A stretch of DNA of 64,000 nucleotides from Felis catus (GCF_018350175.1 NC_058368.1:53508001-53572000), one strand, 5' to 3'. Shown: positions 38,269 through 50,892, numbered from the stretch's first letter. Notes: generated by a model from the sequence alone, not told the origin. Numbers and translations are program-made.

Positions 38269-40703
38269 TTAAATTAATTAATTAATTAATTAATTAATTT
38301 TTCTTTTTTAAATTTACATCCAAATTAGTTAGCATATTGTGCAACAGTGATTTCAGGAGTAGATTCCGTAGTGCCCCTTATCCATTTAGCCCATCCCCCC
38401 TCCCACAACCCCTCCAGTAACCCTCAGTTTGTTCTCCATTTTTAAGAGTCTCTTATGTTTTGCACCCCTCCCTGTTTTTATATTATTTTTGCTTCCCTTC
38501 CCTTATGTTCATCTCTTCTGTGTCTTAAAGTCCTCATATGAGTGAAGTCATATGATATTTGTCTTTCTCTGGCTGACTAATTTCGCTTGGCATAATACCC
38601 TCTAGTTCCATCCACGTAGTTGCAAATAGCAAGATTTCATTCTTTTTGATTGCCAAGTAATACTGCATTGTATATATATACCACATCTTCTTTATCCATT
38701 CACCCATTGATGGACATTTGGGCCTTTCCATACTTTGGCTATTGTTGATAGTGCTGCTATAAACGTGGGGTTGTATGTGTCCCTTCGAAACAGCACACCT
38801 TTGTCTCTTGGATAAATACCTTGTTAAGTATTTAGTGCAATTGCTGGGTCATAGGGTAGTTCTATTTTTAGTTTTTTGAGGAACCTCCATACTGTTTTCC
38901 AGAGTGGCTGCACCAGCTTGCATTCCTACCAACAATGCAGAAGAGATCCTCTTTCTCCGTCTCCTTGCCAACATCTGTTGTTGCCTGAGTTAATGTTACT
39001 CATTCTGACAGGTGTGAGGTGGTATCTCATTGTGGTTTTGATTTGTATTTCCCTGGTGATGAGTGATGTTGAGCATTTTTCATGTGTCGGTTGGCCATCT
39101 GGATGTCTTCTTTGGAGAAGCGTCTATTCATGTCTTTTGCCCATTTCTTCACTGGATTATTTGGTTTTTGGGTGTTGAGTTTGGTAAGTTCTTTATAGAT
39201 TTTGGATACTAACCCTTTATCTGATATGTCATTTGCAAATATCTTCTCCCATTCTGTCAGTTGCCTTTTAGTTTTGCTGATTGTTTCCTTCACTGTGCAG
39301 AAGCTTTTTATTTTGATGAGGTACCAATAGTTCATTTTTGCTTTTGCTTCCCTTGCCTCTGGAGACGTGTTAAGAAGTTGCTGAGGCCAAGGTCAAAGAA
39401 GTTTTTGTCTGCTTTCTCCTTGAGGATTTTGATGGCTTCCCGTCTTACCTTTAGGTCTTTAGTCCATTTTGAGTTGTTTTTTGTGTATGGTTGTAAGAAA
39501 GTGGTCCAGGTTCATTCTTCTGCATGTCGCTGTCCAGTTTACCCAGCATGACTTGAAGAGACTGTCTTTATTCGATTGGATATTCTTTCCTGCTTTGTCA
39601 AAGATTAGTTGGCCATACATTTGTGAGTCCATTTCTGGGTTCTCTCTTCTGTTGCATTGATCTGAGTGTCTGTTTTTGTGCCAATACCATACTGTCTTGA
39701 TGATTACAGCTTTGTAATGCATCTTGAAGTCTGTGATTGTGATGCCTTCTGCTTTGGTTTTCTTTTTCAGGATTGCTTTGGCTATTTGGGGTCTTTTCTG
39801 GTTCCATACAAATTTTAGGATTATTTATTCTAGCTCTGTGAAGAATGCTGGTGTTATTTTGATAGGGATTGCATTGAATATGTAGATTGCTTTGGATAGT
39901 ATCAACATTTTAACAATATTTGTTCTTTCTATCTGGGAGCATGGAATCTTTTTCCATTTTTTTGTGTCTTCTTCAATTTCTTTCATAAGCTTTCTATAGT
40001 TTTCAGTGTGTAGATTTTTTACCTCTTTTGTTAGATTTATTCCTAGATATTTTATGGTTTTGGTGCAATTGTAAATGGGATCGATTCCTTGATTTCTCTT
40101 TCTGTTGCTACATTGTTGGTGAATAAGAATGCAACCAATTTCTGTGCATTGATTTTATATCCTGCAATATATGCGTTTTCCATATAGAGTATCATGCCAT
40201 CTGTGAAGAGTGGAAGTTTGACCTCCTCCTGGCCAATTTGGATGTCTTTTATTTCTTTGTGTTGTCTGATTACAGAGGCTAAGACTTCCAATACTATGTT
40301 GAATAACTGATGAGAGTGGACATCCCTGTCTTGTTCCTGACCTTAGGGGGAAAGCTCTCAGTTTTTCCCCATTGAGGATGATATTTGCGTTGGGTCTTTC
40401 ATATACGGCTTTTATGATCTTGGGGTATGATCCTTCTATCCCTACTTTCTTGAGGGTTTTATCAAGAAAGGATGCTGTATTTTGTCAAATGCTTTCTCTG
40501 CATCTATTGAGAGAATCATATGGTTCTTGTCCTTTCTTTTATTGATGTGATGAATCACATTGATTGTTTTGCGGATATTGAACCAGTCCTGCATCCCAGG
40601 TATAAATCCCACTTGGTTGTGGTGAATAATTTTTTTTAACGTATCGTTGGATCCAGTTGGCTAATATCTTGTTGAGGATTTTTGCACCCATGTTCATCAG
40701 GGA
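38269..40703 (-). mobile_element. 5'-truncated carnivore L1 (L1_Carn/L1_Fc-type), ORF2 C-terminal half plus 3' UTR
   Basis: ORF2 peptides (YYKAV-like [45 protein letters not shown]); TSD CTGC(C/T)CTTGTTTT at 38256-38268 and from 40704. Confidence 0.97.
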
Positions 40704-40916
40704 CTGCTCTTGTTTTAAATGCCACTGATAGAAATGTTCTAAAGTTTCCTTTTCTTCTGCCTTGTTTTGAGTCTTTAGTTTTAACCCAGGGACCAAAAAG
40801 ATACTTGTTTGACTTTACTTACAGTTTAAATATGACATGTCTCATATTTGTGATTGTGAATGTGTTTCTATAGGACAGAAGTTCACATTTCTTGCTTCTC
40901 CCATTGTTACTTACAG

Positions 40917-40983
40917 AGTAGTAAGTAATAATAACTGGAAAGTAGTAAGTAGTAAGTAGTAAGTAGTAATAACTGGAAAGTAA
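40917..40983. repeat. Compound tandem repeat (AGTAGTA)n with duplicated TAATAACTGGAAAGTA
   Basis: Direct reading. Confidence 0.8.
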
Positions 40984-41462
40984 ATGGATTTTATAGTTAC
41001 CATCTTACTGGCAAGAAATATCCCCTCCACACCTCTGGGAATCCAGCTGAATCATTCCAGGTGTCAGCCAGACAGAGACTTCCTGCCTGGGATAGGACAG
41101 ACCATCTGCACCTCACTTGAGGCAGAGGAGAAAGGGAAGCGAAAAGACAGACCACATCAATTTCTTCAGCTGTAAAATGAATTGGATGAATCTTGACATC
41201 ATCAAAATTTCTGCAGGCCTTAATAGTTTGTGAACCTTTAAGCAAACTCACCTCTGTTCTTTGGTCCTTTTATTGAGGACATTGTTAAGGCCAGCGCCCA
41301 TCTGTACCTTTATTTCCTCTGGCCACTCACATGCTCAGTGGCACTCTGCGATGAGAGACTGTAATCTGCATGCTGATTTTTGCATTAACACCACTGTATT
41401 AGTGTCCTAGGGCCGTCATAATGAATGGCCATGGACTTGGTGGTTTAAAACAAAGAAATTTT

Positions 41463-41677
41463 GGGGCGCCTGGGTGGCTCAGTCAGTTAAATGTTCGACT
41501 TCGGCTCAGGTCATGATCTCACGCTTTTTGAGTTCGAGCCCCGCGTTGGGCTCTGTGCTGACCGCGCAGAGCCCAGAGCCTGCTTCAGTTTCTGTGTCTC
41601 CCTCTCTGTGCCCCTGCCCCACTTGTACTCTGTCTCTCTCTCAAAAATAAATAAATATTAAAAAATTAAAAAAATAA
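41463..41677 (+). mobile_element. CanSINE nested in MLT1
   Basis: Full element. Confidence 0.95.
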
Positions 41678-42010
41678 AACAAAAAAATGTATTGTGTCAT
41701 AGTTTTGGAGGCCAGAAAGTCTGAAATCAAGGTTTCAGCAGGGTTGGTTCCTTCTGGAGGCTCTGTGGGAGAACCGTCCCATGCCTCTCTCTTGGCTTCT
41801 GGTGGCTGCTGGTGGTTCTTGGCCTTCCCTGGCTTGTGGCTCCATCACTGCAGTCTCACCTCCATCTTCCCATGAATGCCTTCTCTCTGTGTCTACTCCT
41901 CCTATGAGGACAACAAACACTGGATTTAGGGCCCACCCTAAATCTCAAAATCCTTAGTTACAGCTGTAAAGGCCATATTGCCACATTCTGCGGTTCTGGA
42001 TAGGCTTGAA

Positions 42011-42217
42011 TTTTTTTTTTTTTTAAGTTTATTTATTTTGAGAGAGCATGCACGAGCTGGGGAGGGGCAGAGAGAGAAGGCAAGAGAGAATCTCAAGCAG
42101 TCTCCATGCTGTCAGCCCAGAGCCCAATGTGGGGCTCAATCCCACGAACTGTGAGATCATGACCTGAGCCGAAATCAAGAGTTGGAGCCTTAACTGACTG
42201 AGCTACCTAGGCGTCCC
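42011..42217 (-). mobile_element. CanSINE nested in MLT1
   Basis: Full element. Confidence 0.93.
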
Positions 42218-42599
42218 TGAGTGGGCTTGGCGTTTGGGAGAACCCTATTCAACTCACTATAACCACCCAAATCAGTCTTAAAATAAGAAACTTTGTGAGG
42301 GCAGTAATTCTGTGTCTTGTTCACTGCAGTATTCTCTGTGCCTAATTGAAGGCATTTAACACTTGTTAAATAAATGGATGGATAAGGTTGAAATTGGGTC
42401 TAAGTGGTAGAAACCCAATATATATGGTCAGCTGCATTCAAATTAAGATGTCATTCATGGGCTAATCTTGTAGAGTGCTTGCTTTTTATGAGTTTTCAGT
42501 GTTTTTATGTAAGGTTTTATACCTCAAGTGGGTTGATGGATATGTAATCCGTTAGTGAAAAGCATATTACTGTGTAGTCTACTTTAAAAAAAATTAACC

Positions 42600-42791
42600 T
42601 TTTAAAAAAAAATATTTATTTTGAGAGAGAAAGAGCAAGGGAGGGGCAGAGAGGGAGGGAGAGAGAAAGAATCCCAGGCAGGAGATAGCATGGAGCCTGA
42701 CATGGGTCTCAGCCTCACCAACCATGAGATCATGATCTGAGCCAAAATCAAGAGTTGGATGCTTAACCAACTGAGCCACCCACGCTCCCCC
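42600..42791 (-). mobile_element. CanSINE
   Basis: Head/tail on minus strand. Confidence 0.92.
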
Positions 42792-42819
42792 TCAATATTA
42801 CCTTTCTTTATATTTGAAT

Positions 42820-43017
42820 TAAAAAAAAAATGTTTATTTATTTTTGAGGTGGGAGGAGGGGCAGAGAGAGAGGGAGACACAGAATCCGAAGCAGGCTCCA
42901 GGCTCTGAGCTGTCAGCACAGAGCCCAACGTGGGGCTTGAACTCACAGACTGTGAGATCATGACCTGAGCTGAAACCAAGAGTCAGACACTTAACCGACT
43001 GAGCCACCCAGCCCCCC
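42820..43017 (-). mobile_element. CanSINE
   Basis: Head/tail on minus strand. Confidence 0.92.
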
Positions 43018-43419
43018 GCCACCTCCAAATTACCTTTATATTCTTTACTTTTACTTTCTTTTTTCCCTCTTTCTTTTGTTTTCTTCCTATTTTCTGTTGG
43101 ATTAGTTTACTGTTACCAGTTACAGGGCCTCTGTTTCCTTCTCATTTTCTTTCCTTTTTTGTGTTTTTTCCTTTTTTCAACTCCTCGTATTGTGCTTTCA
43201 AAACGTATGGGTCTGCGATGTAAAAAAAGAAAAAACGTATTTTTTCTATGACTATATATTTCAATATATTCAGTAAATATATATTTCAGTAAGATTTAGA
43301 TGAAAGAGATCACAAGCCTTCAGGTAGATTAAGCTGAGAAAAGAATGATACTTAGTGATTTTTTTACTGTTCCCCTGAAGAAAGGAGACACAGCTTATTT
43401 TGTATTTTATTTTATTTAT

Positions 43420-43638
43420 TTAAAAAAATTTTTTTTAACATTTATTCATTTTTGAGAGACAGAGACAGACAGAACATGAGCAGGGAAGGGGCAGAGAGAG
43501 GGAGACACAGAATCTGAAGCAGGCTCCAGGCTCTGAGCTGTCAGCACAGAGTCCAACGCAGGGCTTGAACTCACGAACTGCGAGATCATGACCTGAGCCA
43601 AAGTCAGACACTCAACCGACTGAGCCACCGAGGCTTCC
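43420..43638 (-). mobile_element. CanSINE
   Basis: Head/tail on minus strand. Confidence 0.93.
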
Positions 43639-44564
43639 AGTATTTTAAATTAGTCATAAGAGGAAGGTATTGCGTCTGCATCTCTTCTAACTAATAAACT
43701 AGGAACATAATGAGGGAGGCGACATTGTACATAATAAGCCTCTAGCTGTCCGACTAAGGAATCCTTTCTCACGCTGTTTCCTGCAGAGTGAGATTGTGCG
43801 GATGCCTGCAAATATGTAAACTTGCTGCACTGTTTGAACATCCCTATTACCTTGCTGTGCCTCAGATCTGGTTCTTTGATTTGTTCTCTCAAGCTCCCTA
43901 AAGCTTCTTCTATGGCAGTTTGGATAGTATTTAGGAATCTTGCTGCATATGCTCATTATATAACACAAAGTGACATAAAACACTCTGCCACATGACCGTC
44001 CCCTGCTCAACTCCCGTGATTCACTCGGTACTAGGTTAATAGCATTTATGTTATTCATAGATCTCAGTTGACCTTGATCTGCTAGAAACTCCTTCCTTTT
44101 TATCTCTGTTCCATACTGGGGAGATTTTGTCCCACATAAACAATGGTTCTTTTGTACATCAAAGCACATACCCCCCTTCCCCAACATCCAAGTTTTAATT
44201 TTCCTGGCATGCATAGTATGTATCTCTCTTCTGTTCAATGTCTGTTACTTCTTACCTACGTTTAATTGATGGATAATATAATTTTCTATTTAGTTTGCAA
44301 AAGAAAAGTATTTAAAAATTAAGTTTTTGGTATCTGAACAACAACAAAAAGACTGCAGCTTTGTGAATGAAAAAGTTCACAGAAATGATTTTTCTTCTGT
44401 TTTTCCAATTTAAAAAATACAGATTAAGTGGGGATTTAGTCTCATATACCTCCGTTTATCCAGTATCTTTCAAATAATAGTATTTGTCTTGGAAAACAAA
44501 AGAGTTTTAGTCACACTGAAATATCCCTGTTTGGGTTGAGAGTTTATTATTTCTCTATGTATTT

Positions 44565-44609
44565 TGTATATATGTGTATATATTAAACATATGTATGTAT
44601 GTGTGTGTG

Positions 44610-44670
<61 letters not shown>
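44565..44670. repeat. (TG)n(TA)n compound microsatellite
   Basis: Direct reading. Confidence 0.95.
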
Positions 44671-44674
<4 letters not shown>

Positions 44675-45294
44675 CCACACACACAGTCTTTCTGTGAGTA
44701 ATGATACAGGCATTGGATAAAAGTTTGTTGGTAATAATTGAGAGTTTAATTCACAGAGTCAATTCTGCCATTCCTTTTGGGAAACTTCTTGGAAAAGCAC
44801 TTACCAAAACACAACAAACAAATGAACAAAACAGAAAACAAAATCTAATAACAAAAACCTCATTTCTTAGGAATTACTCTGTAACGTAAATCTCACCTCT
44901 CAATAAAACATTTTATTTATAAAGTACCCCCTTCAGTTAGCTTATTTTTTGTAATCAGTGAATACTGATCTGGTATTAAGTACTTCTGTGTAAAACATTT
45001 ACAACTCTGTTCTCCATCAATTACTCTAGTAGGTGGGTAAAATCTTTTAAAGCCTTCTTTCATGGAGTCCAATTCGGAGTGTTCAAATCGTCTCTTGTTT
45101 TTACTTGAGGATTCAAATATTTATTTATTTATTTAATGTATGTATTGTTCTGGTATATTACTTTTCTGTGAGGAGATATTCCGCAATTATTTGTGGTAGC
45201 AAAATGTGTAATGAGAATTATTTACCATACTTAAAATGTTTTTCAACATTCTCAAACTTTAGTTTGCTTAATAGTGCCCGGACAGCATTTTTCT

Positions 45295-45405
45295 TTTTTA
45301 AATGCAGACTCTGGGGCCCCATTTTGAGAAATGCTGACTTAGTAGATGGGGGGCACGGGCCCAAGCCTATGTTTTAAGAAAGCGGCTCTGTTGATTCCAG
45401 TGTGC
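45295..45405. mobile_element. MER5A-like hAT-Charlie MITE fragment
   Basis: TTAAATGCAGACTCTGGGGCCCCA..TGCTGACTTAGTAG..GGGCCCAAG..TTTTAA. Confidence 0.6.
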
Positions 45406-46402
45406 TTAGGTACAGATTATACCTTGAGGAACATGTTTCTGAACGATTATGGAACAAAGAGCTTAGTCCTTTTGCTGGGGAACCTAGAAACTGAGGGTTG
45501 AAGGGCGCAGTGGAAATGTATTCTGGAATGCTAACGTTGCACCTAGATACACAGTGAGTATAAGCTAGGTGCAAGAAATACTTGACAGATCTGGCCTTTA
45601 ATACCTTGCCAAAAGTAGGAAGGGGAAGCCCTTACAGAAATTGGTGTAGAAGGTCATGTGGCTTGAGGGGTGTTGTTGGAGGTGAAGGTGTTAGGACATT
45701 TCTTCTGTACCTCTACTTGGTTTATTTAAAATGAACTGGGCCCTGTGATTATTCATGCAAAAGACCAGGGGCACCTAAAACTCTTCTGTGGGAATAAAAT
45801 TACTCACCAGCCCATCTATACTTGTTTTTGTTTTTTTAAGTGTTCCCATAATCATGCCATAAGGATACTTTGGAAATGAAGTGACTCAATCATTACACAG
45901 TTTTTTACTCCTTCAGGATAAAATGCTCATTTTCCTGGATGAATAGGTATAGGCTTCTCATAGTCCAGATTACCATAATTAGTGTGGAGCCTACTTTAAA
46001 ATTAGGTCATATAGTTAATGGTTTTGATTTACCTTTGGCTTTAGTTAATTACATGAGATAATACATGTGAAAATGTCTGGCATGGAATCTGGCATGTGCT
46101 AAGTACTTAGTTCCAATTGCCTAGTTAGCATCTCCTCTCAGATAGCTTGCAACCACCTCGGACTCAATATAAGCCTCTGAGTCTTATTGATTTGACTTCC
46201 TCCATATCTCTTAAATCAGCCACTTCATTCATTGCTCAGTGGACCAATCATGGCCTGTGTGAAGTTTCTGGGCAGGTTGTGTGGATGGCCCTCAGGTCCA
46301 AAGAACTTAACGCATAAAAAGAACAGAGAGGTCAGCATGCAAGGGGAAGGAGGCCAAAACATGAAGTACCCTTATAAGTCACATTAAAAGTTTTTGAAAT
46401 TT

Positions 46403-46623
46403 GGGGCGCCTGGGTGGCGCAGTCGGTTAAGCGTCCGACTTCAGCCAGGTCACGATCTCGCGGTCCGTGAGTTCGAGCCCCGCATCGGGCTCTGTGCTGA
46501 CAACTCAGAGCCTGGAGCCTGCTTCCGATTCTGTGTCTCCCTCTCTCTCTGCCCCTCCCCTGTTCATGCTCTGTCTCTCTCTGTCCCCAAAATAAATAAA
46601 CGTTGAAAAAAAAATTAAAAAAA
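46403..46623 (+). mobile_element. SINEC_Fc-type SINE (mosaic diagnostic positions), nested in L2
   Basis: Young-type head and tail; TSD TTTTTGAAATTT. Confidence 0.96.
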
Positions 46624-46629
46624 ATTTTT

Positions 46630-46725
46630 TTTTGAAATTTTATTCTAAGAACAGTGGGAAAAGTTTGAAGAGTTTCAAACATGGGAGTGGCATGATCAGA
46701 TTTGAGTTTTACGAACATTGCTCCC
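46630..46725 (-). mobile_element. L2 fragment
   Basis: Reverse complement reads AAATCTGATCATGCCACTCCC..CCCACTGTTCTTAGAATAAAA. Confidence 0.65.
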
Positions 46726-46769
46726 TTCCATCTCTCCAACTCCTTTTGTCCTAACATAAGACCAGGTCA

Positions 46770-47360
46770 CAAACATCTCTCCTCAGCAGCATTACATCCA
46801 GTCCCCTTCCCCCTTCCTTCTCCTCTTAAATGCGTGCTCCACATTTCAACCAAGCAAAACCCACAGACAAAACCCCTAGGAATCTGATTATATCATTTTC
46901 CTCTTTCAAGTCTTTTAATGGTTTCCCAATGCCCTTAGGATAAATTCCAAATTCCTTGACAGGGGTTCCATGGCTTATGACTAATATTTACCTTCCCAGG
47001 CTCTTCTCTCAACCACTTTCCCTCAGACATTCCAGGTACACTGAACATCTTTCAGTTATTCTAACGAACCATGCTGTCTCTTGCCCAGACCTTCCTGTTC
47101 TCCATGCCTGGGCACCAGTCCTGCCCAGCTCTGTTTGGGCTGGTGAATTCTTACAGCCTTTGACTATGTGGAGTACCCTGCTAATGATTGCCATCTTTCC
47201 CAGTTGAGACATTTATCACACGTTACCCTGCCAGACTGAAGCTCCACCAGTGTCTGACCTGGTCATTCCTTCAACCGTAGATAGCACTTGCCCCTGGTGG
47301 GCTCTCAAGATGCCTGGAAGGTTCTCAATAACACACTCCTACAGAATGGATGAATGAGTG
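46770..47360 (+). mobile_element. L2 fragment
   Basis: AATCTGATTATATCA..AATGGTTTCCCAATGCCCTTAGGATAAATTCC..GAATGGATGAATGA. Confidence 0.65.
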
Positions 47361-47684
47361 GTACCTATCAGCTTCCTTCACTTTGCCTTTTATATCATGT
47401 CCTCTTTCTGAAGTGCTTGTTGGAAAAAGGACTAACTCAATAATGACACACCTGCTTTGGGTTTAGATGACAAATTGGAGTCCTGTTACAATGTTAGGAA
47501 TAAAAACAACCAAGTTAAATTTTAGACAGGGATATAGAATCTGATATTAGGCAAACAAGGAAAGACCTAAGGGAAATATTTTTATTGTAAATGGGAGATG
47601 CTAAATAATTGTTGAATACAATCAATATAATCAGTTGCTTAGTGTTGTCCCTGATTCCTTTCACAACCATAATTAATATTTGAA

Positions 47685-47875
47685 AAATGCTTTATATTTT
47701 ATAAAGTGAATTTCACCCACATGATCTCATTATCCTAACAATACTATATCATCATTACCTGTCTTATGAAATAGGAAATGAAGGCCTACCTGTGGTGCAA
47801 AGTGACTCCCCAGTGGTAAGTGGTAGTGCAGGACTTGAACCCCTGTCCTCACCTCAAATCCAGTGCTCTTCTAAT
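47685..47875 (-). mobile_element. MIR
   Basis: GGAAATGAAGGC..AAGTGACTCCCC..GTAAGTGGTAGTGCAGGACTTGAACCC. Confidence 0.65.
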
Positions 47876-48449
47876 ATATCACATTCCTTCCCTAAATGTC
47901 TGCAAGCAAAACCAAAATTGTTGGTTACTTCTGGGCATGGTTTTGTGTGCATTATTTTATCCAGTCAGAGTTGCAAATGATTGGGAGGACAAGAAAAACA
48001 ACAGGGAACATGACTGTTTTGGCTGAGAATGGAACCCCTCTCCAAAATATTTGCTCATAGAAGGAGCAAGAGCAGTGTGGCAGACGTGCCCCACTTGACT
48101 GAGATTCTCTTCACAGTTTACCACCTGAGGAGGGAGACCCTGGTGGAGGGAGGCCTCCAGCTGCTGTAAGACTTTTCCATTTTTAATAGCTGATCAATCA
48201 CCAGAGAATACTGAGATTCAGCTAGGTATTTCGCAAGTCTAAAGGGAAGATAGAAGGCAGAGGTTAAAACATTAAAAAAAAAAAAAAGGAAAGAAAGAAA
48301 GAATAGAAAAAAGAAGAAAAAAAAGAGATCACTCTTGCCCTGATGAAACTTCTGATCTATGGGGGAAATGCATAGACCTTCAAAACCTCTGCCAATATGA
48401 TGAGAATAGCTGCAACTAAGTTAATAGCAGATGATTTAATGAAGAGCCT

Positions 48450-48610
48450 AGGCCAGGGGTTCTCAATCTTGAGAACCTCAAAAATGCCTCTAAGGTTTTG
48501 CTGCCCAGACTGCAGCCCAAAACAATGAAACCAGAATCTCTGAAGATGGAACCCAGGCAACAGTACTTTCCAAAGCTTGCTAGGTCATTCTAATGTTCTG
48601 GCAAAACTAA
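48450..48610. mobile_element. MER5-like MITE
   Basis: CAGGGGTTCTCAATCTTG..CCAGAATCTCTG..GGAACCCAGGCA..CAAAGCTT..GGTCATTCTAATG. Confidence 0.65.
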
Positions 48611-48767
48611 AGTAGGAGAAAAACCTTTTACTAATTTGATAGGAGTTATGCCAACCTCAGATTCATGACCGCTGGTGTGGTGGTTTTGATTATTTTGAGA
48701 AATGCTGAAAAATTCCTGATTGGAACCAAAAATTCACTGAGTCTTCTTTAATTCAGAGGTGCCTGGT

Positions 48768-48972
48768 GGGGGCACCTGGGTGGTTTAGTCCGTTAAGTGT
48801 CCAACTTCGGCTCAGGTCATGATCTCACCACTTGTGGGTTTGAGCCCCACATCGGGCTCTGTGCTGACACCTCAGAGCCTGGAACCTGCTTGGATTCTGT
48901 GTCTCCCTCTCTCTGTCCCTCCCCCACTTGCACCCTGTCTGTCTCTCTCAAAAATAAATATACATTAAAAAA
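48768..48972 (+). mobile_element. CanSINE inserted at the head of another SINE
   Basis: Flanked by imperfect repeat AATTCAG(AGGT/GAGC)GCCTGG at 48750-48766 and 48973-48989. Confidence 0.93.
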
Positions 48973-48978
48973 AATTCA

Positions 48979-49197
48979 GGAGCGCCTGGGTGGCTCAGTT
49001 GGTTAAACGTTGGGGTGGTTCAGTTGGTTAAGCATCCAACTTTGGCTCAGGTCATGAGTTCCAACCCCATGTCGGTTCTTTGCTGACAGCTTCAGAGCCT
49101 GGAGCCTGCTTTGGATTCTGTGTCTCCCCTTCTGTCTGCCTCTGCCCTGCTTGTGCTCTCTCTTTCTCTCTCTCTCAAAAATAAACATTAAAAAAGA
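48979..49197 (+). mobile_element. CanSINE with duplicated A-box head
   Basis: GGGTGG(C/T)TCAGTTGGTTAA at 48988-49006 and 49013-49031. Confidence 0.92.
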
Positions 49198-49269
49198 AAT
49201 CTCCTTACTTCAGTGAACACATTACAATAATCAACATCCACTAGAGCACTCAGTAAAGCTCAGCATAGA

Positions 49270-49580
49270 GCTAAGAGAGATAAATATTATATGATTGCAC
49301 TCATGTGTGGAATTTAAGAAACAAAACAGATGAACATAGGGGAAGGGAAGGAAAAAGAAGATAAAAACAGAGAGGGAGGCAAACCATAAGAGACTCCTAA
49401 ATGCAGAGGACAAACAGGATTGCTGGAGGGGTGCTGGTGGGGAATGGGCATTAAGGAGAGCACTGGGTGTTATATGTAAGTGATGAATCACCAAATTCTA
49501 CTCCTGAAACCATTATTACACTAAATGTTAACTAACTTGGATTTAAATAAAATTGAAAAAATAAAAATAAAACAAATAAA
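49270..49580 (+). mobile_element. Carnivore L1 3' end fragment
   Basis: CACTCATGTGTGGAATTTAAGAAACAAAACAGATGAACATAGGGG..ACTAACTTGGATTTAAATAAAA. Confidence 0.92.
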
Positions 49581-49952
49581 CTAATTGAATTCTCACAATT
49601 CTAAGGTTTCATTATTAGCCTGTTTGAAGATGAATCAGCTGAGGTTCCAATAAGTATATTATCTGCCTGAAGTCATGTAGCTGGTAGGGGGAGTAGTAGA
49701 GACAGAATTTGAGCTTTTCTTGCCGAATTTTGTAGTCATCAGCCTCTAAACCATTCTGTATATCCACTGGGGAGTGAAGAGATGCTATTAAAACAAATAG
49801 CAGCAAACCTCACTTCCAGAAAGGCTGAGCCTTGCTGCACCTCACTTTACAGCTAGAGTACAGTAAACTTAGGTTGTATTTCTACTACTGTTTTAAAAAT
49901 CTGTGAGTTTTTTTTTTTAGGCTTCAGGTTTTTAAATTAAAAAGTGGAGGAT

Positions 49953-50078
49953 GGGGGTGCTAGAGTGGTTCAGTCAGTTAAGTGTCCAACTCTTGATTTC
50001 GGTTTAGGTCATGATCTCATGATTCATGGGGTCAAGCCCCGGTCAGGCTCTGCATTGACAGCACAGAGCCTGCTTGGG

Positions 50079-50126
<48 letters not shown>

Positions 50127-50183
50127 TCTCTCTCAAATAAACATATAAAAATAAATAAATAAATTAATTAAACAAATAAATAA
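49953..50183 (+). mobile_element. CanSINE with long (CT)n
   Basis: TSD GGAGGAT. Confidence 0.93.
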
Positions 50184-50426
50184 AGGAGGATAAATTATTT
50201 AAAAATTTTATGATTTTTTCCCCCATACATACATGTCCTTGTTACAAAGGACATGTTCAAAGGGGTATTTCAAGAAAAGTAAATCTTTCAGCCTCTAGCC
50301 TTTGGTTTCCTCCAGAGAGAGTAGTCTGGAGATTTTATTGTATGAATGAAAAGACTGCGATTGATTTAGGATCTTCAAGATTAATCTCCTGGGGTTGTGA
50401 AGAGGATTAGAAAAATATGGCCCAAT

Positions 50427-50461
<35 letters not shown>

Positions 50462-50589
50462 GGAAATGATCATAGGATAGACAAGCAAGAGTGTTGTCTG
50501 CCATGGTTAGATGACTTGCCACTTATTTAGGCCCCATTGATGGAACTCTCCAAACTCCTGATAATATAGGCGGTGCTCCAGTGAAGAGC

Positions 50590-50840
50590 TTTATGTGAAT
50601 GTCATTTTGCACATGCCTAAGTATTTCCATAGGATAAATTCCTAGAGGTAGAATTTCTGGATCATAAGTATGTGCACTTAAATTTGATAGATACTGGGGC
50701 GCCTGGGTGGCTCAGTTGGTTGAGCGTCCAACTCTGGTTTCGGCTCAGGTCCTAATCTCACAGTTGGTGAGTTCGAGTCCCACAGTGCAGAGCCTTCTTG
50801 GGATTTCTGTCTCCCTCTCTCCCTTTGCTACTCCCTGGCT

Positions 50841-50892
<52 letters not shown>

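Larger units (their letters stand above)
41395..42261 (-). mobile_element. Solo MaLR LTR (MLT1B/C-like) with two nested SINEs
   Basis: TGTATTAG..GGAGGCCAGAAAGTCTGAAATCAAGG..GGATTTAGGGCCCACCCTAAA..CTATTCAAC; 5-bp TSD ACCAC at 41390-41394 and 42262-42266. Confidence 0.9.

Noticed and set aside
38534..40796. ORFs with reverse-transcriptase/L1 ORF2 similarity
   Set aside because: Frameshifted pieces of a 5'-truncated L1, not an intact or host gene
40917..40983. Repeated TAATAACTGGAAAGTA with spacer (CRISPR-like look)
   Set aside because: Only two copies, spacer is a simple repeat, eukaryotic context; replication slippage
43770..43821. Possible micro-exon (CTGCAG| 43787-43815 |GTAAAC)
   Set aside because: Donor is weak; insufficient support
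43699..44238. 179-aa minus-strand ORF in non-repeat sequence
   Set aside because: Non-ATG start, no recognisable domain, no supporting promoter or splice context; plausible by chance in 64 kb
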